Assembly (NCBI GenBank): GCA_008080735.1
Contig: SHMW01000024.1
Coordinates: 1 to 50,400 of the forward strand
Reading direction: 5' to 3'
DNA: 50,400 nucleotides
Origin: Promethearchaeota archaeon
GTDB lineage: Archaea > Asgardarchaeota > Lokiarchaeia > Sigyniarchaeales > SOKP01
In this document: positions 1 to 10,127 of the stretch, in pieces
How the letters are laid out: every line of letters begins with the position of its first letter
Numbering within the stretch: position 1 is the first letter of the stretch
Notes under the pieces: generated by a model
Database searches by the model: none
What the model was told of the DNA's origin: nothing
What the model saw: only the letters and a program-made list of their open reading frames with translations
Made by a program: the position numbers and the translations under genes

Positions 1-2
1 TA

Positions 3-143
3 GCGTTTAGGAGAGCCCCCCTTGGGTGTTCCACGTGCGGTCGGATCGATATCGACCTCGTATTTAACCCCGTGTTTAAAACGTGGTTTTGCGAGGAGTG
101 CTATGAGTTTAACAGCCAAGGTCATAAAAATTGGTATCCATAA
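3..143 (+). CDS. 3' end of a small zinc-ribbon protein (partial, starts before the window)
   Basis: Manual frame-3 translation AFRRAPLGCSTCGRIDIDLVFNPVFKTWFCEECYEFNSQGHKNWYP*: two CxxC motifs; not in the ORF track. Confidence 0.65.
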   Translation, partial: AFRRAPLGCSTCGRIDIDLVFNPVFKTWFCEECYEFNSQGHKNWYP

Positions 144-317
144 CTTTTTTTGAGGTATTCAAGGAAAAACTATAAAATGAGAGATTAATTTAAGCCAGTA
201 CCAGTTCCATTAAAATAATCATCCCCGAAGGTATAGGAAGCTCCCAAAATTTCTATCTTTTCATTAGTTTTAGTTTCTTCTATTAGATTTGAAGAGTGAA
301 GTGAAATGATATAAAAA

Positions 318-851
318 CTAAACAGAAAAATCTTCAATTACTTGCCTAAAATTATCATAAGTAGTAACACCCCCTCCTGGTTCAATAGCTTGCTCAATTG
401 GAATAGTTCGTAATTGAGGGACACCAGAACAATTATATTCTTCCATAAATGCCTCATCGAAATACTGGTCGATTAATTCTATAAACTCCTCATTTAAATT
501 ATTCAATTGATATTCGAAAAAACCAATTGCCAGTGGAGCATTCGCATAATATTTAATCTCTTTTCCATTCTCTTCTTGAACACCTCGATTGATAAGACCA
601 TCAAAATACATCCTATCCAATAGATTTTCCAACTCTTCCATGGAAATACCATCTTTTCTGACTTTTCTATAAATTTTATGAAGCGGTTGGGCCATAAACC
701 CCAGTTTAATAGCAATCTCCGCTTGCTGAGGGGAGAATAGAAGTTTTAATAATTTAATTTCAACACCTGATTCCGTTTCTGGATATCCCACAGGCATGGA
801 ATCGAGATGCTGTTGCAGTTTTCTATAAATATCAAGATTTTGTTGGCTCAT
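318..851 (-). pseudogene. C-terminally truncated 4Fe-4S-binding protein (paralog of 12259..13377)
   Basis: Colinear with 12259..13377 (HLDxMPxGYPETxSGVEIK, YANAPL, QLRTxPIEQ, TYDN) but stops before any Cys-rich segment; no continuation found in other frames. Confidence 0.75.
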
Positions 852-1177
852 TATGTTATGAAAATTTATTTATTATATAATTCTATTGATTAAGAAAAAG
901 ACTGAGAGACTATATAAAAGTATCCAATTCGCTATAATAAAATAGAGTAATACATTTTTTTTTAGAAACCTTGTTGATTTTGATTTGAAAATTAAATTAA
1001 ATTGCCAAATGTATTATTTTTTTTCTTGGCTCAATGATAATAATATAGGGGTGATATGTTGATATATAGGTTCACTCTTGAAATCAATCTTTCACGAAGA
1101 TTCTTAATAGAAAAACAAAGATTTACATTTTTTTCTATTCTGAATATTAAATAGAAAATTAGAAAATAAATAATTAC

Positions 1178-3424
1178 TTATCCAAATTTTTCTATCCATT
1201 CATCCACTTTCTCAATGAATTGAGTTCTTATCTCATCTTCCAGCGGGTCTCGGATGGATCGCAATTTACTGATATAATTCCTCATATCCCGAATTGCCAT
1301 CGCACCTTTACTCAAGAGCAAGACATCCGCAATTTCTTGTAGAAGTGAACTCAAATCCGCACCAGACAACTCGACGGATTTTTGTTTTAAATTCTCGAAT
1401 TTATCTTTCAAGCTAAATTCTTCTGTTTCCGGTTCTGAATCCTCTACTGATTGACCGACCGAAATTTCAGTGCCTTCTGAAGATTGAGTTTGATGACTTA
1501 AATTTTGTTCTTCATCCATTAGCTGTGCTTGGGATTTGACTTGCTGGGAAGACGTTTCCTTAGTTTGCGGTTCTATTAATTCTACGGGCTCTAAGATACA
1601 TTTTTTCCATTTGAGAAAATCTTTAATAATTTCCTCTTGAATAGGATCTTCTAAAAATTCCTTCATAGATGCCAATTCATCTTTCCATTTGATAATATCC
1701 GAGAATCCTTGTAATTGTAGCACTAAAATAATCATTTTCTCAATCTGTTCACTAATTTGAGTCCCCGTCAAGTCTTGCATTTTTTCAATAAATAGATCAA
1801 ACAAATGCTCTATTCGCTCTTGATCGACTGGTTCTATATCCCCGAAATTTAATTTTTCTTCAAGTTTACGCTGATATTTTTTATCTTCCTCGCTTTCGAA
1901 TGGAAAACTCTCTAATTCTGGGGATTCTTCAAGAGGTAAAGAAGTGAACTCATTGTTTAATTTATGTATAGTTTCAATAACCTTTTCCTTTAATTCATAA
2001 TCTAAGGGGCTATAGATATTTTTCAGAGTACTTAGTAATATTCTAAGTTCTAATAATTTAAGCGAAATACCTTCCTTTTGAAAAGCAATATCTAATATGT
2101 CTTCTAATTTTTGCCCGATATTTCTTCCTGGGTACTTGTTTATGTTCACAATTATATCATTGAAGCCATTTGCAATTTGTTCATTTATTTCTGGCTTAGC
2201 TTTATTCCACCGTTCTTCAAGTAAGGAAGATAATGCGTAATAAAAAGGTTCATAATTTGTCCCAATTCCTACAAGGTTAGTCATTTCCCCTTTATTTTTA
2301 TCAAGAAGGGTACCTATGATAACTCTATTATCTCCTTTTATACCAATTATGTTTTCATTGGATAAATGTTTATAATTGATATTTTTAGAAATATCCTTTA
2401 ACTTATTAACTACTTCATTATCATGTGTGAGTTCAGAAACTATTCGGATTTCACTTTCTTCTATATCAAGATTATTCTCTTCCATTTTTTCAATTAATTT
2501 TTCTAACCTACCAAAAAGGATAATAAGTATTTTAGAGTCTTTTTGGTTAATTATGCTAGATACCTCTTCAAAAAATTTTGTCTCTGTCTTGAGGAGCCAC
2601 AATCTGTCCTCAAAAATCTCCGTCTTAATAGAGGCGGATTTAACATATTCACGTAGAGCGTTTATTATGGGATCTAATCCTTTGATTTTTGGTTTATTCT
2701 CTTCATCAAGAAATTCCATTAGATTATTCTTAATAGATTCTTTAATAGTTTGTAGAAATAGAGAATCCTCCTCAAGTTGAGTTTCTACATATCCAATAGC
2801 ATATTCATTTATAATTTCATCGAACTCATCAAACATTCTATCAACAATATCGTGAGTTTCATCAATTTTTTCCGAAGTGAACTGTTCGTAAGTCGATAAT
2901 TCCGTTTTCTCGATTTTTCCTTGCTCTGCAAATTGTTTAATTAGTGCTAAAACATTATTCATTTGGACAGCAAAGAGTTTTTTTATATTATTCTGGAACT
3001 GATCTAAAAATTCTAAGCTTTCTTGATTAAGATCTCTTTCCTGTAAAGATTGAATCACATTAATTCTAACTTTTTTAATATCATCTTCCAAGTTTTGTTT
3101 TAGTGAGTGCAGTTTTTCAGAAATTTTTGTCGCTTGTATTTCTGCTGAATCCGTCTCTCCTTTTAAATTTTCTAATATTTTTTCAATAACCTTGAAAGGA
3201 GGTAAAGTAAAATAATGTGGAAGGTACTCAGAATGGCGAGACTCAATTCTGATGATTAAATTATTTTCGACTAATTTTTCAAGGATCTTCTGTATCTGCT
3301 CGTCGGATAGACCGGGTTTAAAGGAATGGATCTCTTTGAAAGTAAGGGGTATTTTATCTAAGGATTTAACATAGATATCTAACGTATCTTCATCTAAACC
3401 TAATGATTTGACTAAAGTACGCAT
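1178..3424 (-). CDS. TrmB-like wHTH protein with coiled coil and three C-terminal helical repeats
   Basis: N-terminal SLGLDE..IY..L..LT..EI..L.KL.ENNLI..YFTLPPF resembles TrmB wHTH; acidic coiled coil; three ~70 aa repeats. Confidence 0.6.
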   Translation of the reverse strand: MRTLVKSLGLDEDTLDIYVKSLDKIPLTFKEIHSFKPGLSDEQIQKILEKLVENNLIIRIESRHSEYLPHYFTLPPFKVIEKILENLKGETDSAEIQATKISEKLHSLKQNLEDDIKKVRINVIQSLQERDLNQESLEFLDQFQNNIKKLFAVQMNNVLALIKQFAEQGKIEKTELSTYEQFTSEKIDETHDIVDRMFDEFDEIINEYAIGYVETQLEEDSLFLQTIKESIKNNLMEFLDEENKPKIKGLDPIINALREYVKSASIKTEIFEDRLWLLKTETKFFEEVSSIINQKDSKILIILFGRLEKLIEKMEENNLDIEESEIRIVSELTHDNEVVNKLKDISKNINYKHLSNENIIGIKGDNRVIIGTLLDKNKGEMTNLVGIGTNYEPFYYALSSLLEERWNKAKPEINEQIANGFNDIIVNINKYPGRNIGQKLEDILDIAFQKEGISLKLLELRILLSTLKNIYSPLDYELKEKVIETIHKLNNEFTSLPLEESPELESFPFESEEDKKYQRKLEEKLNFGDIEPVDQERIEHLFDLFIEKMQDLTGTQISEQIEKMIILVLQLQGFSDIIKWKDELASMKEFLEDPIQEEIIKDFLKWKKCILEPVELIEPQTKETSSQQVKSQAQLMDEEQNLSHQTQSSEGTEISVGQSVEDSEPETEEFSLKDKFENLKQKSVELSGADLSSLLQEIADVLLLSKGAMAIRDMRNYISKLRSIRDPLEDEIRTQFIEKVDEWIEKFG

Positions 3425-3817
3425 TTTTGTGAAATATTTGAAAGTGCATATATTCTTACTTACCTTATAACAATCTTTATTTTTAATTTTAGGTAAAAAA
3501 AGTTATACATATATCAGAAAAAAAAGATATCAACATTAATTTTGGATTAGAGAATAAGTCAAAAGTTGGATTTTTGGAAAAGGTGAATTGTCATTCCCCA
3601 AAAATAAGTTTATATTTCCATCTTTAGGTTTCAGAAAACTTAAATATCACTTTTTGTATCATACATATACATTATTTCATTCATAATAAAGGAAAGTAGG
3701 GTTTTTCATCAATTGATATCATTTTATACAGAACTTATGAGTTAAACATTTTATTTAGAAAAATCAACTACAATTTTTCACGAAATTTGCCTTCAAAAGA
3801 GTTAAAGGTACTATAAG

Positions 3818-4144
3818 ATGAAATATAAAAAATTTGGTTATGAGATTACCACTTCTTACATTCTACTACAAGTATTAGACATTGCTACAACTATTTTTGT
3901 TCTTTCCAAAGGAGGCATTGAATTAAATCCAATTGTAAATTTATTCAATTTCAAAATAATTATGTTCTTAAAAATATTACTCGCTTCAAGTTTTTATTTG
4001 ATAATCTATTATTTGTCTCCCATAAAAGAGAAGCGCGTTACCCAATTTATTTTAGGTATTCTAATTGGTCTAAACATGATTTACAGTTGTATTGTGCTAA
4101 ACAATACCTTCCAAATTTTCAAAATTTATTTATTGGGATTCTAG
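3818..4144 (+). CDS. DUF5658-family small membrane protein
   Basis: LDIATT...GGIELNP motif, three hydrophobic helices, late conserved NN. Confidence 0.7.
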   Translation: MKYKKFGYEITTSYILLQVLDIATTIFVLSKGGIELNPIVNLFNFKIIMFLKILLASSFYLIIYYLSPIKEKRVTQFILGILIGLNMIYSCIVLNNTFQIFKIYLLGF

Positions 4145-5368
4145 TAATACACCCATCCCCGTTCCACCCCCCGCACATTGAGTACATATCGCATACCTCT
4201 CATCTCTTGAATTTAATGAGTATAATGCTGTCAATATCAATCTCGTGCCCGTCATTCCAGGGGGATGGCCTATGGCAATAGCTCCCCCATGGATATTTAC
4301 TATTTCAATGGGGATTTCTAATCCTCTTATACAGAACAATACTTGCTGTGCTTGAGCTTCATTTATCTCGAAAATATCTATATTGGAAAGGTTCATGTCG
4401 GTTTTGATTAACAAATTCCGTATGGCAGGGATTGGTCCAAGCCCCATATATTCGGGTTCCACATTTCCTTGTGAGAAAGCTTTTATTTCTCCTATTGGAG
4501 ATATCTCTAGCTGATTGGCTTTTTCTCTTGAAGCGAGCACCAGAGCAGCAGCGCCGTCGTTTAATGGAGGTGTATTACCCGCAGTTACCAATCCCCCTTC
4601 TCTAAAAACTGGCTTTAAATTATTGAGTTTTTCTAAGGTTAGATTTTTTCGCGGACTTTCATCATATGCAAGTTTTATAGTCCTACCATTAACATCCATA
4701 TCAATAGGAATAATCTCTTCAAAAAATCCCTCACTTTTAGCCTTAAAATATTTTTTATGACTGTTCAGTGAAAATCTATTAATTTCCTCAAAATTAATTT
4801 CCATATTGTTCAGATTGTATTTTTTACAAAGAATTCGAGCATCATTAATAATTCTTTCTGCGGTTTCTCCAACATGCCTATAATTCCCATAAACACCATA
4901 GGTATCATTAAATCCATCATAAAAAAGTGCATCGACTAATTTTTGATTATGCAAGCGATACCCCCATCGTGCATTCATTAACATATAAGGACATTGACTG
5001 TTGCTTTCCATCCCACCAGCGATGATGATGTCATGTTCTCCCATTGCGATCTGGCGATAAGCAATTTCCACAGATTTCATACCCGAAGAACATACATTAT
5101 TAACTGTGAGTGCTCCTGATGTGTGTGGAATACCCGCTTTGAGGGCAGCTATCCTTGCGGGATTGTTTCCCATCCCCTCTTGATGTATAGCACCCATAAT
5201 TACATCATCGACAAGCTTTTCCGAAATATTCGCTCTTTTTACCGCTTCTTTGATTGCTATCGCTCCAAGATCCAGCGCGGGAACATCTCGTAGGGATTTT
5301 CCGAAATGCCCGATTGGGGTTCGAGCTCCCTCAATAATAACCACATCTCTAAATTTTGGTATATTCAT
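4130..5368 (-). CDS. Thiolase (acetyl-CoA C-acetyl/acyltransferase)
   Basis: GARTPIG, NNVCSSG, GGMES, INEA, GGAIAIGHP, CAGGG motifs. Confidence 0.95.
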   Translation of the reverse strand: MNIPKFRDVVIIEGARTPIGHFGKSLRDVPALDLGAIAIKEAVKRANISEKLVDDVIMGAIHQEGMGNNPARIAALKAGIPHTSGALTVNNVCSSGMKSVEIAYRQIAMGEHDIIIAGGMESNSQCPYMLMNARWGYRLHNQKLVDALFYDGFNDTYGVYGNYRHVGETAERIINDARILCKKYNLNNMEINFEEINRFSLNSHKKYFKAKSEGFFEEIIPIDMDVNGRTIKLAYDESPRKNLTLEKLNNLKPVFREGGLVTAGNTPPLNDGAAALVLASREKANQLEISPIGEIKAFSQGNVEPEYMGLGPIPAIRNLLIKTDMNLSNIDIFEINEAQAQQVLFCIRGLEIPIEIVNIHGGAIAIGHPPGMTGTRLILTALYSLNSRDERYAICTQCAGGGTGMGVLLESQ

Positions 5369-5462
5369 TTGTCTCAGATCTTATTTCAATAGATAAATTG
5401 ATAACCCAATAATTAGATCCATTATCTAAATTCAAAAAAAAGAGATAAGATAAAAATTTTGT

Positions 5463-6002
5463 TTATTCTGTACATTTCTTAAGTTTTTCCGGACGCTGAA
5501 TACAAGAGCCTTGCTGTTTTCTTTCATAATCTTTAGGAATTCGCTTCATCCGCTCCTTTTTCCTCTGCTCAGCTTCTTTCCAACGCCTCTTTTGTTCTTC
5601 AGTTTCTAAAATTAGATCTGGTATTTTTACTGGCTGATCATTCTCATCTAAAGCAACATATGTTAAATAGGCAGATGCGATGTAGCCACGAGTTCCGGTA
5701 ATTAAGCATTCATCTTCTGCGCGTACACCGATTTCCATCGAAGTATTACCAACAAAATTTAATGAAGCTTTTACAAACACAACATTACCAACATAAGCAG
5801 GATTTAGAAAGCTAACTCGATCTATAGACGCCGTTACACAATTGCGGTGAGTATGACGGGAAGCAACGATACCTGCTGCTTGATCAATAAGCTTTAGTAT
5901 AACACCACCAAACACATTCCCCGCAGGATTCGCATCCTCAGGCATCATTAATTGAGCGATTTGAGTCTGGGATTCTGATACAGTTTTTGCTTCATCTTCC
6001 AT
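5463..6002 (-). CDS. Acyl-CoA thioesterase (hotdog fold, YciA-like), copy A
   Basis: PEDANPAGNVFGG..LKLID, VTASID, GNTSMEIGV, YVALD. Confidence 0.9.
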   Translation of the reverse strand: MEDEAKTVSESQTQIAQLMMPEDANPAGNVFGGVILKLIDQAAGIVASRHTHRNCVTASIDRVSFLNPAYVGNVVFVKASLNFVGNTSMEIGVRAEDECLITGTRGYIASAYLTYVALDENDQPVKIPDLILETEEQKRRWKEAEQRKKERMKRIPKDYERKQQGSCIQRPEKLKKCTE

Positions 6003-6037
6003 TCTTTATTAAAAACCAAATTAAATTATGATGTTAC

Positions 6038-6061
6038 ATCTATTCAAACCTAATTTAAATA
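6038..6061 (-). promoter_or_regulatory. TATA-containing promoter element of thioesterase A
   Basis: Minus strand TATTTAAATTAGGTTTGAATAGAT upstream of the ATG at 6002; 23/24 identical copy at 7590-7613. Confidence 0.55.
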
Positions 6062-6142
6062 AGCTTTTCTTATCTATTATAAAAAAATGAATAATCTCTA
6101 AAAAAGAGGAAAATTTAACTTAGGCACAATTTTTCTTAATAT

Positions 6143-7384
6143 ATGGAACCTAGGCCAAACAATACAACCTTTAAACATTATATATGTTTTTGGATTGGAC
6201 AAATCTTCTCATTATTAGGATCTTCAATTGTCCAGTTTGTTATACCAATATGGATAACGATTATATATCAGGATGAGGTTCTTACTTCTTTAGTTTATTT
6301 TGTTTCATTTATACCTCCTATAATTATTAGCCCAATAGCAGGAGTTTTTGCTGATAAAATAGATAGAAAGAAAATGATTGCATTTGCAGATACTTCTCAA
6401 GCAATTACAACTCTTGCGTTAATTATATTGTTTATGACTAATACTGTTGATTTTGCTGCTATATTGATTGTAAATTTTCTAAGATCTATTTTCCAACATA
6501 TTCATTTTCCTCCTTCGAATGCAATTATCCCTACTATGGTTCCAGAAAAGCATCTTAGTAGAGTTAATGGAATTAATTATCTTTTTACAAGTTTTATTGG
6601 GATTGTAGGACCAATAGTAGCTGGAGTTGTTATTTTCTTTTTCCCAATCGAAATTGCTTTATGGATTGACATTATTACATTCCTAATTGCTATTCTTCCC
6701 TTAATTCTTATAAAAATTCCAGATATCAGAAAAAAGGAAGATGAAAGTCTGAATATCTCCAAATTTAAAAATGATATGAAAGAAGGTATGCAAACGATAC
6801 GAATTATTCCCGGATTATTAGTTTTGTTATTTTTAGCAACATTTGCTAACTTTTTTGAGCAGCCCCTTCAAACCTTAATGTCCAATTTTATCCTTGTTGA
6901 TAATTCTGGAACTGAATTAATTTATGCTATTGTCTCAGGATCGATGAGCCTAGGAATACTAGGTGGTGCAATAATCGTCACAATCAAAAAAGAATGGGAT
7001 AGAAAAGTTCTAATAATTGTTTTTGGAATTCTTTCAGGTAATTTTGGTTATTTGGTAGTCGCCTTATCCCCATTTCAATTTTTCATTATGATGATAATTG
7101 GAGGATTCATCTATGGAATATTTTTACCCGTTGTAAATACTATGTTTTTCACACTCATTCAGACTAAAGTTCCAAAGGATAAACAAGGAAGGGTGATTTC
7201 AATTGCAATCGTAATATCCGCAGGAATTACTCCCATTTCAGTAGTTATAGCCGGTCCTTTATCACAACTTATCGGTATCTCCACATTATGGTCTTTATAT
7301 GCTATTTTTGGAATAATTATCTCTCTTATCATATGGTTTTCCACAGATTTAAAACGTATTGACAGATTTGAAAAAAACAACTAA
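6143..7384 (+). CDS. MFS transporter (MefA/DHA3-like efflux)
   Basis: FWIGQIFSLLGS, motif A GVFADKIDRKK, about 12 TM helices. Confidence 0.9.
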   Translation: MEPRPNNTTFKHYICFWIGQIFSLLGSSIVQFVIPIWITIIYQDEVLTSLVYFVSFIPPIIISPIAGVFADKIDRKKMIAFADTSQAITTLALIILFMTNTVDFAAILIVNFLRSIFQHIHFPPSNAIIPTMVPEKHLSRVNGINYLFTSFIGIVGPIVAGVVIFFFPIEIALWIDIITFLIAILPLILIKIPDIRKKEDESLNISKFKNDMKEGMQTIRIIPGLLVLLFLATFANFFEQPLQTLMSNFILVDNSGTELIYAIVSGSMSLGILGGAIIVTIKKEWDRKVLIIVFGILSGNFGYLVVALSPFQFFIMMIIGGFIYGIFLPVVNTMFFTLIQTKVPKDKQGRVISIAIVISAGITPISVVIAGPLSQLIGISTLWSLYAIFGIIISLIIWFSTDLKRIDRFEKNN

Positions 7385-7439
7385 ATCAGAAATCCCAAAA
7401 CTAATCTTAAAATGGATATTTACTTTTAAAATTTTATCG

Positions 7440-7613
7440 ATCAATTCACATAATGCATAGATCTTGAGGTTTGACCTTTCGGATCTTTTTCAATTGGTTT
7501 TTTCTTCTCTCTTCAGCCTTCTTATATCTTCTTTTCTTGTACTTCAGTTACAAAGTTAGTCTCGGAATATTTTATATTTTTCAATATAGATCTATTCAAT
7601 CCTAATTTAAATA
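7440..7613 (-). pseudogene. Internally deleted remnant of a third thioesterase copy (promoter plus 3' end)
   Basis: 7456-7568 aligns to 8839-8951 with substitutions and indels; 7590-7613 matches 6038-6061. Confidence 0.75.
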
Positions 7614-7759
7614 GACTGAATTTATCTACTATTAAATAGTTAATTTATTAATAATTCCAGCTGAATGTGTGAATTATAGATATTAAAGTAAAATAAAACA
7701 AGAATCAAATTGAGATGGTGGAAATATTGGGTCAATTCTTTTTTAAGAGAAGAAAAAAG

Positions 7760-8635
7760 CTAGATAATAGCTCCCGCGATTATATGCACGTCTTGCTTTA
7801 TTGCTAACTCAAAATTAGCTCGATTTATCTCCAAGCATGCTAATATTAATCCATCGTATTCCTTTTCTGTTAATTTATTGTATAATTCTCCCTTTTTTTG
7901 TAAATCAAAAATATCGCGATTATCAGCAGTTGATTTAACCTCCATCAAAAAGGTCTTTCCGTCTTTAATTACTATATCAACATCAGTACTATAATTTTCA
8001 AAGTATACTTCTCCTTGGCGATCTATCAAAACTTGACGAGCGATATCGCTTTTTTCTATATTTTCTTGTAATAATTTATCACTGAGCATATTTAAAATCA
8101 AGGTTTCTAACTTTTCTCCCCCTCGAGAACTAATTGAATAAATAGCAATTCGTAATGAATCTCTATCCTTTCTCGCTTCTGTAAAGCCTGTATTTACTAA
8201 ATTAATTAGGCTTTCAAATCGTTTATCCACTTGTTCGAATCGTTTATTCACTTGTTCGAATCGTTTATCCACTTGTTCGAATCGTTTATTCACTTGTTCG
8301 AATCGTTTATCCACTTGTTCGAATCGTTTATCCACTTGTTCGAATCGTTTATCCATTTGCTCGAATCGTTTATCCACTTGTTCGAACCGTTTATCCATTT
8401 GCTCGAATCGTTTATCCACTTGCTCAGTCCGTTTTTCCATTTGGTCTATTATAAATTCAAATCGCTTATCCATATGCTCGAATCGTTTATCCATAGAATC
8501 GGTAAGTTTTACAATATCATCATGAGTTGCAACTACTCCCGATAGAGCACTAATGATAGCTCCCTTTACCGTATCATTTTCCCGAATTAATTTTGGAAGA
8601 ATCTTTAATAATTCGTCAATATCGATCTTGCTCAT
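7760..8635 (-). CDS. Coiled-coil heptad-repeat protein with C-terminal PD-(D/E)XK nuclease-like domain (DUF3782-like)
   Basis: DKRFEQV repeats followed by TDVDIVI...LMEVKS. Confidence 0.75.
   Translation of the reverse strand: MSKIDIDELLKILPKLIRENDTVKGAIISALSGVVATHDDIVKLTDSMDKRFEHMDKRFEFIIDQMEKRTEQVDKRFEQMDKRFEQVDKRFEQMDKRFEQVDKRFEQVDKRFEQVNKRFEQVDKRFEQVNKRFEQVDKRFESLINLVNTGFTEARKDRDSLRIAIYSISSRGGEKLETLILNMLSDKLLQENIEKSDIARQVLIDRQGEVYFENYSTDVDIVIKDGKTFLMEVKSTADNRDIFDLQKKGELYNKLTEKEYDGLILACLEINRANFELAIKQDVHIIAGAII
8212..8424. repeat. Intragenic 21-bp tandem repeat, about 10 units, degenerate extension to about 8493
   Basis: Unit CGAATCGTTTATCCACTTGTT and variants, encoding (D/N)KRFEQ(V/M). 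Confidence 0.95.
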
Positions 8636-8816
8636 ATCTACTATCTATAAGGATATGTACTTATTTAAATCATCTCGATTAAGTTCTACATAACTCTATT
8701 TAAAAAATATGTACCCATATTATTGCGAATTTTCCTTTTTAGAATAAGACAATTTGAGAAATGATAGTATCATCCTTATTTTCCTAATCATAAAAAGAAA
8801 AAAAAGGTAATTTATT

Positions 8817-9323
8817 TTAATTCTCGATTCTCACCATACATGGACCTTGAGGTTCGATCTTTCGGATCTTCTTCAATCGATTTTTTCTTCTCTCTTCAGC
8901 TTCCTTATATCTCCTTTCTTGTTCCTCAGTTTCAAGGATCAGTCCCGGAATCCTTGATGGATTATCATTTTCATCTAAACCAACATATGTAAGATAGGCT
9001 GTTGCAACATGTGCCTTTCGACCCGTTATTAGGCATTCCGCATCGACACTTATTCCAATTTCCATCGAACTTTTCGAAACATAGTTTACTGAACCTTTCG
9101 CAATCACTACATTTCCGATGAAAACAGGTGAAAGGAAGTCTAATCTGTCGACAGAGGCGGTTACACAATTCATGTGAGTATGTCGCGAGGCCACGATCAA
9201 TGCACAACTGTCAATTATGCCCATAATCACTCCCCCAAATACATTTCCCGCGGGATTGGCGTTTGGGGGCATCATGATCTGAGAAATCTCTACTTGAGAA
9301 TCTGAAACTGGTTTTGGTTCCAT
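8817..9323 (-). CDS. Acyl-CoA thioesterase (hotdog fold), copy B
   Basis: ANPAGNVFGG, HTHMNCVTASVD, SSMEIGI; close paralog of 5463..6002. Confidence 0.9.
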   Translation of the reverse strand: MEPKPVSDSQVEISQIMMPPNANPAGNVFGGVIMGIIDSCALIVASRHTHMNCVTASVDRLDFLSPVFIGNVVIAKGSVNYVSKSSMEIGISVDAECLITGRKAHVATAYLTYVGLDENDNPSRIPGLILETEEQERRYKEAEERRKNRLKKIRKIEPQGPCMVRIEN

Positions 9324-9569
9324 ATTTTTTTACCTTCAATATTTTATATTATGAATAGTTGATGCTGATGAATATGAAAAATCTTTGGGTAATGTTAGAT
9401 AAAAAAAGTAATCTGATCTGTTAAGGATTCTTGAAATCCTAGTTTAAGAAGGTTTAGAAACATGTGAATAGTTATGAATTTATATTCACTATAATCAGAT
9501 TTTTATTCTTTAAATTAAAATTAAGATTATTTATTCACAACTTAAATATTCATTAAAAATATAAAAAGG

Positions 9570-10073
9570 TTGAAAAAAATGAGTTTTAGAGAAACATACG
9601 AAGCAATTAAAGGAGATCCTACGAAAGGAGAAAAAAACTTCAATGTAAAATGTGAAATGCTTCCAAAAGGAATGCAATGTAAGGCCACGATGGGAGCATC
9701 CAATCACGAATTTGTTATTGACGCTCCAGCAGGATTAGATGGTACAGATGAAGGTCCAAGTCCTTTATTAGCGATTTTAGCTTGTATAGGATCTTGTTTA
9801 ATAGCGGTTACACGATTTTGGGCAAAAATTATGGACATTGAGATTGAAGAGATGACTGTGTTTTCCAGAGGAAAAATCAATTTATCTGGAATTTTCGGAT
9901 TAGACGATGATGAATTACCAGGCTACAAATCCCTCGAGCCTGTAATTCGCATCAAAGCGAAAGCGCCCAAAGAAAAAGTCCAAGAAATGATGGACCAGGT
10001 TCTTACACATTGTCCTGTCATTACTAACTTCGAGGGGGCAACGCCGATTGAACCTAAGGTTCAAATTCAATAA
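9570..10073 (+). CDS. OsmC/Ohr-family protein
   Basis: IDAPAGLDGTDEGPSP, ACIGSC and HCPV two-Cys pattern; ATG at 9579 is an alternative start. Confidence 0.9.
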   Translation: MKKMSFRETYEAIKGDPTKGEKNFNVKCEMLPKGMQCKATMGASNHEFVIDAPAGLDGTDEGPSPLLAILACIGSCLIAVTRFWAKIMDIEIEEMTVFSRGKINLSGIFGLDDDELPGYKSLEPVIRIKAKAPKEKVQEMMDQVLTHCPVITNFEGATPIEPKVQIQ

Positions 10074-10127
10074 GTAGCATAAATTTCTACTTCTTCTCTT
10101 TTTTTTTATATGTTCTGTTTACTGTAA

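Noticed and set aside
270-320. TAG readthrough (pyrrolysine) or frameshift rescue of the truncated Fe-S gene
   Set aside because: No downstream frame resembles the paralog's Cys-rich continuation; another stop follows soon
1056-1154. 32-codon ORF behind a GGGGTGA SD-like site
   Set aside because: No recognisable motif; could be chance
7456-7568. DGR template/variable repeat pair with 8839-8951
   Set aside because: Mismatches are not adenine-specific, include indels, and no reverse transcriptase is present
8212-8493. Regular repeat as a CRISPR array
   Set aside because: Units are contiguous without spacers and encode in-frame heptads
8231-8545. ORF with FESFIHL repeats on + strand
   Set aside because: Antisense shadow of the heptad repeat
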